From Longimicrobiales bacterium (lineage in GTDB: Bacteria > Gemmatimonadota > Gemmatimonadetes > Longimicrobiales > Gaopeijiaceae), in assembly GCA_965238005.1 (NCBI GenBank), contig OZ250165.1, positions 1,920,001 to 1,984,000 on the forward strand: 64,000 bases of DNA, in the 5' to 3' direction. The notes beneath the pieces were generated by a model. That model was not told the origin of the DNA. It saw only the letters and a program-made list of their open reading frames with translations, and searched no databases. Shown in pieces: positions 40,068 through 51,725 of this stretch. How positions within the stretch are numbered: position 1 is the first letter of the stretch; each line of letters begins with the position of its first letter. The translations under genes and the position numbers were made by a program.

Positions 40068-42273
40068 CTAACTGCCTAGCCATGCCTGCAGAAAGGCCTT
40101 GATCTGGTTCCCCCAAAGCATGCTCAGGAGTGCGACGGTGAGCAGAGCGGCCAGTAGGGAAACCAGGCCCACACGAGTCCAACGAAACGCGCCGTGTCCG
40201 GTCTGGCGTAGAAAGAGGGTGACCAGGTCGCGCCGTTCCTTGCGTACCCCTTCGGGCAAGTGGGGCGTGTGGCTGAAGAGGTAGCCGAGCCGTCGCGTCA
40301 TGTACATGCGGAAATTCACCGCCCAGCCGCACGCCTCCAACAGAGCGCTCATGTCCCGCTTGCGAAGCTTGTTCCAACCCGAAAGTGCACTGAACAGGGC
40401 CACCACCAGCAGCAGGGTCACCAAGACAAGGGCGGCGTTCAGAGGGTTGATCGTGGAAAGTGTGTCGAGCAGGTAGACCAGCGAGGAACCGACGGCTGCG
40501 AAGGCAATGCCGCCGGCCAGCACCAGGTCGCGCATGCCAGAGCCGGAAGGGGGTGCCGCTCCCGCCGACGGCACCTGGGCAGGCTGCTGGAGCGACTCGC
40601 CTTTTTCCATCTTCGTTGTGATCTCGGTGGTGGCCTTTTCCAGGTACCCGGCCCGGGTGCCTGCAAAGGCTTCAAGCTTCTCGGATAATAGCTCTTTGGC
40701 TTTCACAAAAGGCGATTTGATGGCCTCCCACAGGCTGATGGGGTTCTCGACCATATCCACCACTCGTGCGTCCCACTCCTTGCCCTGGAGGTCATAGAAG
40801 ATACCGCGCTTGCCGATTTCGATGGCCCCCTGGCCGCCACCCGTGAGGGCGGCGGCAATCTCGAAACTCCGGCGCTGCTCCTGGGAAACCAGTGATCTCG
40901 GCGTACACCAGGAACATTTTGCTGGCTTGGGCGATCTTCTTGTGCTCGGTGCGGTTTCGGACCTTCATTGTGAAGGCGAGTTCACGGCCGTCAATGATCA
41001 GGTTGCCCAATTCAAACAGGGCACGGCGCCTGGGGTCGTACAGCGCGGAGAAACTCACGAAGTTGTTGGCCAGTTCCAGGAGCCAGCGCTGGTACAGGGT
41101 GAGCTTCTCCAGGGCAGCCACTTGCTTCACCTCATCCTTCACCGCCAGATCCTCCAGCAGGAGCTGGAGAAGTTTTTTCTGAGCCGGACCATACAAATAT
41201 TCTTTCAGCGTGGTCTCACTCAGCTCACCTACGCCATCCGATGGCTTCTCCGCCTGCCACGCACAGTAGGGCTCGAAGATGGCCTTGACCCGCTGCCAGC
41301 CGATCCGCGTGAGAGTTTCGTGGGAGTCCGGCTGGGCACGGGCAAGGACCCGGTTTTGTAATTCGTCCATCTGATCCTGGTAGTACGGATTGACGGGGCC
41401 CTCCAAATTCAGCACGCCTTCAGCATTTGGCGTTTGCAGTGGCGCTTGCGCGAGCTGTCTTTCCGTGGCCCGGAGGTCGGAGCCGTCCAGGTTCTCGAGA
41501 GCTTGTTCACTCAGGCAGAACCGTTCGGCGGTGCGGGCATCGAGCTTGACCAGGTCGCACTGCCAGAAGAACTGATCGATCTTGGCATCGAATTCAGAGG
41601 TGAGCTCCACGGCGGCCGCCGTGTCGTCGCCCCAGGGCAGAATCCCTGCCGCGCCGTCATCTTCGGCGAGTGCCTTCCAGGCCAGATACTTCCTCGCACC
41701 ATCCAGGAATTGGCTCAGGTGACCTTCGTTGATGCCGTCTGCGCCACTTATATCCTTGGTACCGCCCACCTGCTCGAGTACGTCATTCGCCAACTGTGCG
41801 GCAGCCGGATCCGAAACGTGCTGGGGGGGGAGCACGCCGTCGCCGTTGGGGGAGGTCATCCCGTACGTATTTCGAAAGATGCGCACCTGTTCCAGGCCGA
41901 TCTCGTCCAGGTTCTCCACCTGCAGTTGTGCCAGGATATGGATCGCGGCTTCCTTGAGCTGCCGGCCCTCCTCGTGGCTGGTATCCAGGTCCGCGAGCTG
42001 CAGGACGTCTGAGGAAGCCGCCATTCGGTCGCGGTTTGCCATCATACGTAAGATCCATGTCACTGCCGCCCGCAAATGCTCGGCACGGATGGTCCCGCTG
42101 CCGTCCTGATTCAAGTACTCGAGGAACGCAGGATCGCACTGTAGGCTCTCGATCTGCACGCTGGTAGCGGCCCAGCGAGCTGGATGGAGCTGGCGGATGA
42201 AGGCAAGATCCTCCGCGCTCTCGATGCGCAGTTGGTGGATCCCGCCGTATTTTTGGAAGACCATGGGCTTCAT
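40068..42273 (-). CDS. Large uncharacterised protein with C-terminal TM helices; +1 frameshift at ~40887
   Basis: Two ORFs join by removing one T (GGTTTCCC), giving ...GKRGIFYDLQGKEWDARVVDMVENPISL... Confidence 0.65.
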
Positions 42274-42427
42274 AACGCACATTCTACTCTGTCGCAGGGA
42301 ATGTAAGCCAGCACGAGATCTGAACAGGTCAAAGTTATGGCTCAGGATAGGAAGTTGCTTTTCCCTTTCCTAAGTATCCCCTTCGTACTGGAGGCGTCCA
42401 GCCAGTGGGATGAGGGTACCGGTCCTG

Positions 42428-42752
42428 TGGCGAAGACCCAGGATCCGTGGTGGAACGGATGCGTGTTCTCGAGCCCGGTGCCTCCGACCGTGGCCCGGCG
42501 GACGTGCGCCACGGCGGTGGTGGCATGCGCCCGTTCGGCGACGCGAGAGAAGTGCTCTCCATAAAAGGCGGGCGAGGCCTGCTTCTCCACCTTGGGAGTG
42601 CCGTTCCGGTAGGTGGCGACGCCCCAGCCGTGGGCGTGCTCCCTTCCCGTGAGGTCTCCCTCCGCCTGAACGATGAGCGCGTTCTGAGCGTGTACCAGTG
42701 TGCACTCGACCTTGGTCTCTTCCGTCGCCCTGAACCCGTATAACCTGCACAT
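42428..42752 (-). pseudogene. Class II glutamine amidotransferase (YafJ/EgtC-like), N-terminal fragment
   Basis: MCRL start, HGWGV, AHVRRAT, NTHPF; truncated just before HNG. Confidence 0.8.
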
Positions 42753-42894
42753 GGATGTCGTCCTATCACTGAGCCACGAGGCATGCTCGAAGCGGCGTTC
42801 CGCGACGATCACGCCGTTGCGCTCAAGCCACCGGACCATCGGATACTCCGAGTTGAACGGCATGTTGACCGCCCGGTAGTGGCGTGTCTCGGAT

Positions 42895-45800
42895 TCAGTA
42901 GCCTACAACGGCGCTTGCGACTGCCCGGGGCTGTGGCTCCAGGGCGTAGACGTTGCGCTCGTAGTCCCGGTTGTAGGGTGAGATGTTCAGGGTCTCGCCG
43001 TCCACGACCAGGGTGGCACTGCCACCGGGGTCGAAGCCCATGGCGGTGCGCATGCCTCGCGCCCGCAGGATCTCCGCCATTTCCACGTGTGTGGCGCCGA
43101 CGGACTCGCGGATCCGGCCGTTGACGACCAGCACGGCGAGGTTTCCTTCGTCGTCGAGACCGATGGCGATCTTCGGCCCCCGCATGTCGAGGTAGTCGAG
43201 GCGTGCCGCCTGAGTCCGAATGGAATTCGACGTGGTCCAGCCCTCACCGTCCATGTCGATGCAGACCTCGCCGCCCGCGAGCAGCATCGGCCCGGCTTCG
43301 ATGGCGCTGGCGACCCCGGACAGGCCGTTGAGTTCGAGCGTGAGCTCCCGACCCTCGGTCCATCCTACGGGCAACTCTCCCTTGGGAAACGAGAACACCA
43401 GACCCACCGGGAGCACGGGCACGGCCTCGCCGGGGTTGGTCGAACGCATCTCCATGATCCGAGTACCCACCAAGCGAACGATGGTCCGACCGTCGCCCGG
43501 AAATGACTCACCGGCGTAGAGAAGATCGTAGAAACAGGGCGCTGGGCCGGGGGATGTCGGGTTGCGGCTCTCGGCGGGGAATTCGACGACGGCGCGGCCG
43601 AACCGGGCGCTCAGGCCCGACGCACAGCTGACCCGGCGGATGCCGAGCGATCGGTCTTCCGACACGACGAACGCCGGCTTGTCGAAGAGTGCCGGGCTGA
43701 GCATACGGCCTTGGGACACGATGAGACCGAGGGGCGAGCCGACGTACGATTCCGGTAGGCCGAGCTTGCCCACCAACTCGGCATTCAGGATATAGCCACC
43801 GTTCCAGGCGATCCGTGCTCGGCGGCGGGGCGATCGGTTGAACTTGCGAACGAACTCGGGAACCGTCTGGCTTCCCGCCTTGGCCGACAGGATCGAATAG
43901 CGCAGTCGACTGTCGGCGGCGACCCGCGCGATCACTCCCGACCAGGGACAACCATCCTCGTACACACCGTTGAGGCCCTCGGATTCGACGGGCCCTCGCC
44001 TCGACCGTTCCGACCGGCTCAGTCGCGAGAACACGACTTCGACGGGGGAGCCGCAATCCTCAGCATCCTCTCGTAGCGCGGTCAGGACCGTGTCTCTGCC
44101 CATCCGCTTGCACAGCCGTCGAAAACGCCGGCTGCGAAGCGTGTCACTCAGGGACTTCGCAGTCTGCACCGGTGTCGGATAGGCCAGGGCGCAGCGGAGT
44201 CCGCCAGGAGCCCACTGCACGAAGCCAGTGCCGATCGGAATGCCGAGGATGTTGGCGGTCAGGGGATCGTCTGCCCGACCGACGTGGAAGCGCTCGAGCG
44301 CGACTCCGTCGGTGGTCATCGCTGCCTGGGCGCACAGGGCGATGACGAATCCCTTCCGCTGACGAATCTCAACAAGGCTCCGAAGTGCGGCCTCGCCGAG
44401 TTGCCTGAAGTCGATCCCTACGGAGAGCTGACTGCTCCCGACGACCCGGCAGATCCCCTTATCGTGTAGCAGCTGGAGTTCCTTGTTGGCACCGCTCTTC
44501 AAGTGTGCCTCGAGGGAGGCGGCGTCCAACCCGCCAGGGAGCGCTTCCTCGCGCTCGATGATGGTGATCGGGGTAAGACGGTCCAGGCGGCTCGGCGGGG
44601 TGGCAGAGAGGTTCTCGTGTATCCCAAGACCAAGACGAATCCGGGCTGTCTGGAGCACGAAGACCTCGAGCTCGTGCTCGGTGCGATCACCCAGGAAGAG
44701 CGCGAACGGCACGTTCTCGCTCAAGCGCGCCAGCATGGGCTTACGGTCATCGATCCTGAGCGGCCCCCCGCAGCACCGGGCGACCATCTGGTTCCAGTTG
44801 GCCAGCTGGTGTGCGATCTCTTCCGTCACCGGGGACGATTCCCACGGACCGAACATCTCGTGATCGAGCAGTACGATCACCGCGGTGAGCTCCTGTGGCG
44901 TCAATTCTCGGTACCGGTAATGCCAGCGATTGCGGTGCCGGTACGCTAGCGAATGATCGATGCGAATCGGCATCTCGCCGGCACGGATCAGAAACAAGCT
45001 GTCGACCCTGTTGAAGAACTCGACTTCATCCAAGGGGTCGAGGCACGTGACGCGGCTCCGACTGGCCACCAACCCGCGAGCGAAGGCGTAGGCCATGCCG
45101 CGATTACGCTGCTCCTCGACGCGGAAGTAGCTGGGGTCGATCAGCGACTTGAGCATCAACATGAAGCCCATGCGCCCAAAGCCAGGGAGATACTCGCGGC
45201 GCCTCGTCGCGAGCAGCCCGGCGAGACTTGGCCCCGGGGCACGGATCCGGTCGGCGAATCTGTCGAAGGCCGCGCCAGCCTTGGCGATCGCGGATTCGCT
45301 CGAACCCAGCTGGTGGTGCAACCGACGCAAGAAGCCTTCCAGATCACGGGCCAGCCCCTGCAAGCTGAATCTTCTCTGGATGACCCTGCGGTTGTGCCGG
45401 TTGACCTCCGAGAGTTTCTCCGGAGCGAGGAGGCACTCCCGCACCTCAGCAATTACCTCGGACTCGAGTCGCCACCCTTTGAACATGCGCACGTCCAGAC
45501 GGTCCTCACGGGCCAGGTTCTCTCCGATGACAGCGGCGAAGACCTCCTCTGGTTCGTAGCGCCGCGTGAGGATCGGGACGCCGCACGCCGCTGACTCGAT
45601 GATCGGCAGGCCACGACCCTCGGCCTCGCTCGGCAACACGACGAGCGTCGAGATGTTGTAGAGCACAGTTTAGCGCCCCCGGTTTCTCTGGACAGTAGAT
45701 TGGCAAAGAGAGCGGGTCCAGAGAGAAAGGGACGTGATGGCCCAGAAGCCGAGGGAAAAGAAGGCGACCGAAGGTCGTGAGAAGGTACCCGAGCGGTGGA

Positions 45801-48393
45801 GCGCACAGCATAAGACGGAGGTGGTGCTGCGCCTGCTGCGGGGGGAGGATCTGGTGGAGGTCAGCCGCGAGGTGCAGGTCTCACCACCGGAGTTGGAGGA
45901 ATGGCGGCGGGTGTTTCTGGAGACCGGTCAGCAGGGGCTGAGGCGCCGGGGCCGGGACCCTGGAGAACGAGAGCTGACCCGGACCCAGGCGAAGCTGGGA
46001 GAGTTGACGATGCGACTGGAGCTTGCGAGAGAGCTCCTGGAAAAAAGGGGGTACGGGGACGAGCTACGGACGCTCTTGAAGCGTGGACGCGAGTGAGTCC
46101 GGGGACCGGGCGGCCCTACCCTCTGACGATGATCTGCGAGGCCTGGCGGGTGGGGCGCTCGACGGTCTATGCGGCCCGGGATCGAGAAGAGAGCGAGGGG
46201 CCGGCAGAGCCGAAGAAACGAGGACCGAAGACGAAGCTGAGCGACGAGGAGTTGGTAGAGGAGATCCGACAGGTGCTGAAGCAGAGCGACTTCCTGGGCG
46301 AGGGTCATCGAAAGGTGAGGGCGCGCCTGAGGCCGAAGGGGATCCATGTGGGCAAGAACCGCGTGCTCAGGCTGATGCGGGAGAATGGGCTGCTGGCCCC
46401 TGTACGACGCGGGAAGCATCCGCATGGGGACCGGAGCCACAGTGGCCGGATCACGACGGACGTGCCGAACGAGCTGTGGGGCACGGACGCGACGCGGTTC
46501 TACACGAAGGAGGATGGGTGGTGCTGGTTTTCGTGGCGGTGGATCACTGCGTCACGGACGTGGTGGGCTGGCACGTGGCGAAGAAGGGCGATCGGTGGGC
46601 AGCGCTCGAGCCGATCCGCCAGGGCGTACGGACCCACATGGACGACTACGCGCCCAAGATCGCTCTGGGGCTCGGCCTACGGCACGACTGGGGACCGCAG
46701 TACACGGCGCATCAGTTCCAGGGGGAGCTGGCCTGGCTCGGGATCCGCTCGACGGCCTCGTACGTGGGAGAGCCGGAGTGCAACGGCGTCGCAGAGCGCT
46801 TCATGCGGACGCTGAAGGAGGAGTGCTTGTACCTCCACGACTTCAAGAGTCTCGAGGAGGCCAGACAGGAGATCGACGCGTTTATCGAACGCTACAACCG
46901 CGGGTGGCTCCTAGAGCGGCATGGGTATCGGACCCCGGCCCAGGTCCGTCAGGAGCTCACCCTGAAGGCGGCTTGATTAGGCCGCCGACTTGTCCAGCAA
47001 ACCGGAACCGGTACTCCGGTATCTCGATCGGTCGGTCGTAGCGTTCTCGATACGAAGGGTGGTCGAATTCGCTGAACAGCAGTGCGAGGTAGATCCGGGA
47101 CCGAATCGACTCGTCGACCTTCTGCACGAGCCGGGCGAAGTCGCGAACCAGCTTCTCGAGGTACTTGTCGTTGCCAGTAGCGACCGGACCGGAGATGAGC
47201 AGCGTGAGCTTCCGCGACTTGTCGGCCCGCAAGGCCGCGGCAAAATCGCTGTCGGCCAACAGGCTGGCGATCAGGGTGAAGTTGAACTCGATTCGTTTCC
47301 GCGCGAGGATCCGTGTCGGCTGCAACAGAACCATGTTGTTGCCGACGAAGTCGACTTGGGACTGATTCTTCGCGGCGATCAGGATCGGGCGGCGGGAGTC
47401 TGGCGCGAGCAGGCCCTTCTCGATAACGTCCGCGGCGGCGACAGCCTGCAGGCGCGTTCGAGTTCCCGTGAGAATCTCACACAACTGGTGCCACACCTCC
47501 TTCGTCTGGCCCCGATCCATGGGCGTGTAGCGATCCACGTCGATACCCGTGCAGATCTCACAGACGTTGGCCGGATTGAGTCCGAATCGTTCGCTGATAG
47601 AGTCCGCCTGTTTGGAGTTGATGCAGACTGTGAGCCAGCTTCGGGCATCCCAGGGGTACAGCACCTCGATCAGTGAAAACACCTCGCCCACGTGGACGTT
47701 GGTGAAGAAGTGATCTCGCGGTCCACGCGGGAGGCCCAGGACCTCGCGATCGATCTCGCTGTGCCCGCTCTCCCAGTAGAAGTCGTGGCAGTTGTTGATC
47801 ACGGGGACGCGGAGGTGCTCGGAGATCAGAACCGTTGCCAGGGCGAGGGCGGGATTGCCCGGGTTGGAGTTCACGTTGACCAGGTAGAGCAGTTGGATGT
47901 CGTTCGCCTCGACAACTCGCCCCAGTCGCTCGCAGAGCTCGAGAACCGCTTCCCAGAACCTCCGGATCAGCTTGTTGTACAGGGGGCTGCCACGTTCGAG
48001 TCTGCGACCGAAGAAGCTGCGATACAGCGGCCAGCGGTCGAAACCGTCCATCGCATCGATCTGGTGCCACGGCGACTCGGGATCGATGATGCTCTCCGTC
48101 AGTTCGGCGAACTCGCCTGCGATGTAGTGGATTCTGGCGCCTCGTAGCAACGCGGCGAACGTACGCGCGTACTTGGCGACCTCCATCGTCACCCCATCGA
48201 CTCCGTAGTTGAACGTCACGAACGCGACCCCTCGTGCGACACGACGCTTGAACTCCGCGAAGTCGCTCTCGACAGCGATGCCCGCCGGCCGATTCTCTCG
48301 CAAGCGGTCGATGAGCAGGCCGAGATCGAACCAGGTCTCGACATTCTCGGCGCGCAGGTCCGAGATCATCCGTTCGGTACGGGGGTGGGCCAT
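42895..48393 (-). pseudogene. ~1382-aa GT4 glycosyltransferase - unknown domain - phosphodiester glycosidase (NAGPA-like) fusion, interrupted by IS3 copy 2
   Basis: DGVTMEVAKY, HDFYWE, PTRILARKRIE, EGRGLPIIES; C-terminal WNGGY, AGPMLL, GPKIAIG, VNGR, FDPGGSA; IS removal gives IPE-LYN in frame. Confidence 0.8.
45665..47014 (+). mobile_element. IS3-family element, copy 2 (permuted ends; orfB frameshifted at ~46530)
   Basis: Starts ACAG then IRL (45669-45694); ends ...CCGGTAC; orfA 45737-46096; T4 instead of T5 in orfB. Confidence 0.93.
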
Positions 48394-48429
48394 CGTGTTT
48401 TGGAGGCTCGGAGCTGGCAGCCTACCCTG

Positions 48430-48472
48430 GGGGGTAACTCAGGCGGAGACTAGGGGGTAACTCAGACGGAGA
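48430..48472. repeat. Tandem 20-bp duplication of the GT gene 3' end
   Basis: GGGGGTAACTCAG(G/A)CGGAGA twice, 23-bp period. Confidence 0.6.
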
Positions 48473-49739
48473 AGAGAACCTCGAGCTTCCTGTGCAGTAC
48501 TTTGTACGAGAAATACTTGCTGCCTAGTTCAAAGTTATGCTCCGTGATCTCGGTCTGCAAATTCTCATCGTGGAGTACTTCGCTGACCCGATCCACGGCT
48601 TCGTCCGTGAGTTCGTTGTCCTCGAGCACGACACACTCGAAGCCCTTGCTGCCAATGTCGGGCCAGAATACGGGCTTGTAGTTGTTGACAAAGATCGGGC
48701 GCTTCGCCAGCACCGCCTCGACGAAGGCGTTGCCGAATCCTTCGAAGGTGCTGAAGTAGGTGCAGGCGACGGCCTGAGCGTAGGCGTCGGACAGCGAGTA
48801 GCGCTTCTGGCCTGTCCGGGTGCGGCCACGGCTGCTGAGAATGCGGCGGTACGCGAATCGCACGCGTTTTCCAAGGCCCCGACTCTCGACGCGATCGACG
48901 AGTTTCTTGTAGTAGCCCTTGCGCGGGTCGTCTGCTGCGCTTCCGGTGATGACGAGCTTAATCTTCGGGTCTTCGAGTCGGCTGACGAGGTCGATCGCCA
49001 CTTCGATTCCCTTGCGCTCGATGATCCGCGTGATCTGGAAGAGGGTGATGTCATCCCGATCGAGTCCGATCTGGCTGAGCAGATCCTTGTTGTAGTCATC
49101 CACCGATCCAAAGGGCTTCTCGAAGTCCATGACGTTCGGCACCACCACCGCGACGATTCCGAATCGCTCCTCGAGCTCGTGGCGGGCATCCGAGTTGATC
49201 ACTGCGTGGCGGAGGTTGGGGATGGACTGCAGGGGAAACGTCTCTTTGATCAGCTTTCGGATCTCGGGGAAGGGCGAGTCGTAGCGATCGCCGCGCTCCC
49301 ACGCGTAGTCGTGGTCGTGGGTCACGACGCGGACGTCCATGTTCTCCACGGCCATCCTGATCCCCAACCCCATGGAGAGGTGACACGGCAGGGCGGCGCA
49401 GTTCTCCAGGAGCAATACCTCGATCTTGTTGCGAATGACCCAGCCGAAGATCGCAGTAGAGATGCGGTGTGCGTTCTCGTCGATCGTCATCACGAGTTCA
49501 TCGGGATCGTCCGGAGGAAAGAAGAAGGCGCGGTTCTGCTCCCACTCGCACTCGGGCGAGAAGAACGACAGGATCGGGAGGTGTGTCTGGCGTTCCGGAG
49601 CGACGATCTGACCCTTGAAGATGCCGGACAGGATGAAGATCTCATGGCCCATGCGCCGAAGGACCTGGATCCACTTCTCTGTCTCGAGCGCGACGCCGTC
49701 CACGTCGCCGATTCGTCCGATGATGATCCCGATGTTCAT
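48462..49739 (-). CDS. GT4 glycosyltransferase, mannosylglucosylglycerate-synthase (MggS)-like
   Basis: MNIGIIIGRIGDVDGVALETEKW, HDHDYAWER, TRIIERKGIE, FEGFGNAFVEA. Confidence 0.8.
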   Translation of the reverse strand: MNIGIIIGRIGDVDGVALETEKWIQVLRRMGHEIFILSGIFKGQIVAPERQTHLPILSFFSPECEWEQNRAFFFPPDDPDELVMTIDENAHRISTAIFGWVIRNKIEVLLLENCAALPCHLSMGLGIRMAVENMDVRVVTHDHDYAWERGDRYDSPFPEIRKLIKETFPLQSIPNLRHAVINSDARHELEERFGIVAVVVPNVMDFEKPFGSVDDYNKDLLSQIGLDRDDITLFQITRIIERKGIEVAIDLVSRLEDPKIKLVITGSAADDPRKGYYKKLVDRVESRGLGKRVRFAYRRILSSRGRTRTGQKRYSLSDAYAQAVACTYFSTFEGFGNAFVEAVLAKRPIFVNNYKPVFWPDIGSKGFECVVLEDNELTDEAVDRVSEVLHDENLQTEITEHNFELGSKYFSYKVLHRKLEVLFSV

Positions 49740-50264
49740 TCTGCTTGAAACCCCCTCAGTGGCACCCTGCCAACTGTCAGCCCTCGCACAGGAGAATTCG
49801 GAAGAACCGGCGTGAATCTGTACGTCTGAGACGCGATCCCCAGGATGCCCATATGGGCTCATCGCTCCTCGGCGTCAATACCTGCGGCTGGGTCGGTTAT
49901 GGCCGGAAGATGTGCCTAACTTGCGCCAGGCCACAAGCATTGCCCGCTCCCATCTGCTTCTTTGGCCCGGCAGCATAGTGGGCATCGAGTTGAGAACTCT
50001 CGCTGGTACTGGCGATTCAGCCAGCCGGTGCCTCGCTGTCGAGGAGAAGTGGTCCTTCGTGCGGGGTGGCACCAATAGCGCACCGTTCGGTTCGGTGTTG
50101 GGGCTGTTGTAGCTGGCTCCGGGACACGAAGCGGACACAGCGATCCTCCCCAAAGGCCCACAACGCCAGCAGCGGGCGAGGCTTCTCAAGGGTCTCGACC
50201 TCTGCCCCCCCGGGGGATTGTGGCCCCCCCCCGAAGAAGAAAACTGTGGGAGGGGGCGCCACCG

Positions 50265-51725
50265 TCACATGTAGATCGTCTGGACGGAACCCGTGTTGCG
50301 GCGCATGTGCCCCATCGAGTGCGCGAGTCCGATCACTACAGCGTCGAGGCGATCTGGAGACCGCCCGAGCTGTCCGCGGATCAGGTCCTTCGAAAGAATC
50401 TGGATCTTGCCGGCGTGATTGAGCGCCCACTCGATCGCCAGCGCTTCTTCCTCGAGGAGGGGGTCCCGTGGGAGGGCGACCTTGCCCTCCTCGAGGAGCG
50501 TGCGGAGAATCCAGTGTGAGTGCGAGCGAGCGTTGGCGAACCTGGTCTCGTCCGCGGGCCTCGATGCTCCGTTGAAGCCGTGCGTGTTCCACCCTTTGGC
50601 CTTGAGCAGGTCGACGACTCCGCCCCCGAGTCCCGGTTCGTCCACGTAGATCATGGGACTCCGTCCCCTCGGGGCCGTCGCCCGCACGCGGTTAGCGTGC
50701 TCGATCGTGCGCTCGACGGTCTCGACGGTCGAGGCTCCCCTCCACGACACGAGCTCTTGGACGATGGGGCCACGGACGACGGCGAGCACGCTTTCGTCCG
50801 GTCCGTAGCGCGCGGGATCGAGGGCCAGGATCGGAGTGACCCAAGCGGCCGCGTCGGTGAGGGCTCCCGTCTCGTGGCGCTTGAACGCGGCCCGGAGCCA
50901 ATCCCGGCGAATCAGGCCCTCGATCGAATCCTCGGGGAACTCGGCAAGCACGCGCGAGCGGTAGATCGAGGAGCCGACGCCGTACTCTTCCCGCATCGAT
51001 TCGATCCACTCCCGAGAAACGGCGCCGGGGATCTCCTCGCAGCCGGAGATGACGTTGGGGTGCTCGGACGCGGCGATCCGGAGCCGCGCCCAATTCCCCG
51101 AGTGAGCGACACGGTAAAACGGGCCGGTGGGGCGCGTCGGGTTGCCGTACACGAACACACGGTTCTCCGGGCCCGTCGCGCACGCCTGGAGGGCCTCGTA
51201 GGCGTCCTCAGAGACGCCTTGGCCCTCTGTCACGCAGATGAGCAAGCGCGGATGGTGGAAGCCTGTCAGGCGGTCGGCGTTGTCAGAGGTGAAGGCGAGG
51301 ACGCCGGCCTCGCCTTGCTCATCCACCCGGAGCTCCATCGAGTACAGCTCCCCGGGGAGTTCAGGGGCACGAGCGAACGCCCGACGCACCTCACGCATCA
51401 AGATCTGTTTGACCTGTCTTTCGGTCGGACCCGTGAGGATGACGAGGCCCCGGCGTGCGAAAACCCACCACAGAGCCATGCGGGCCGTTATCCAGTCCTT
51501 GCCGAGGCCGTTGGCAGTCACTACGACGGTGCGCGGGTTGTCTCGCACGAGCTCCGCCATCTCGTGCTGCTTGGCCCAAGGCGCACAGCGGAGAACGTCC
51601 TGGAAGAATCCGCCTGAATCGTCCTCGAACTTCAAGAAATCCGAGATGTCTCGGGCTCGGTCGTGACGGGCTATGACCTCGCCCACCTCGACCCCAAGGC
51701 GTTCGACGACGGCGGTAGAAGTCAT
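50265..51725 (-). CDS. Phage terminase large subunit-like protein
   Basis: ANGLGKD Walker A variant, VTEGQG, GNPT, LALDPARYGPDES RNase H-like motif, VDEPGLGGGV, RSPDRLDA. Confidence 0.85.
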   Translation of the reverse strand: MTSTAVVERLGVEVGEVIARHDRARDISDFLKFEDDSGGFFQDVLRCAPWAKQHEMAELVRDNPRTVVVTANGLGKDWITARMALWWVFARRGLVILTGPTERQVKQILMREVRRAFARAPELPGELYSMELRVDEQGEAGVLAFTSDNADRLTGFHHPRLLICVTEGQGVSEDAYEALQACATGPENRVFVYGNPTRPTGPFYRVAHSGNWARLRIAASEHPNVISGCEEIPGAVSREWIESMREEYGVGSSIYRSRVLAEFPEDSIEGLIRRDWLRAAFKRHETGALTDAAAWVTPILALDPARYGPDESVLAVVRGPIVQELVSWRGASTVETVERTIEHANRVRATAPRGRSPMIYVDEPGLGGGVVDLLKAKGWNTHGFNGASRPADETRFANARSHSHWILRTLLEEGKVALPRDPLLEEEALAIEWALNHAGKIQILSKDLIRGQLGRSPDRLDAVVIGLAHSMGHMRRNTGSVQTIYM

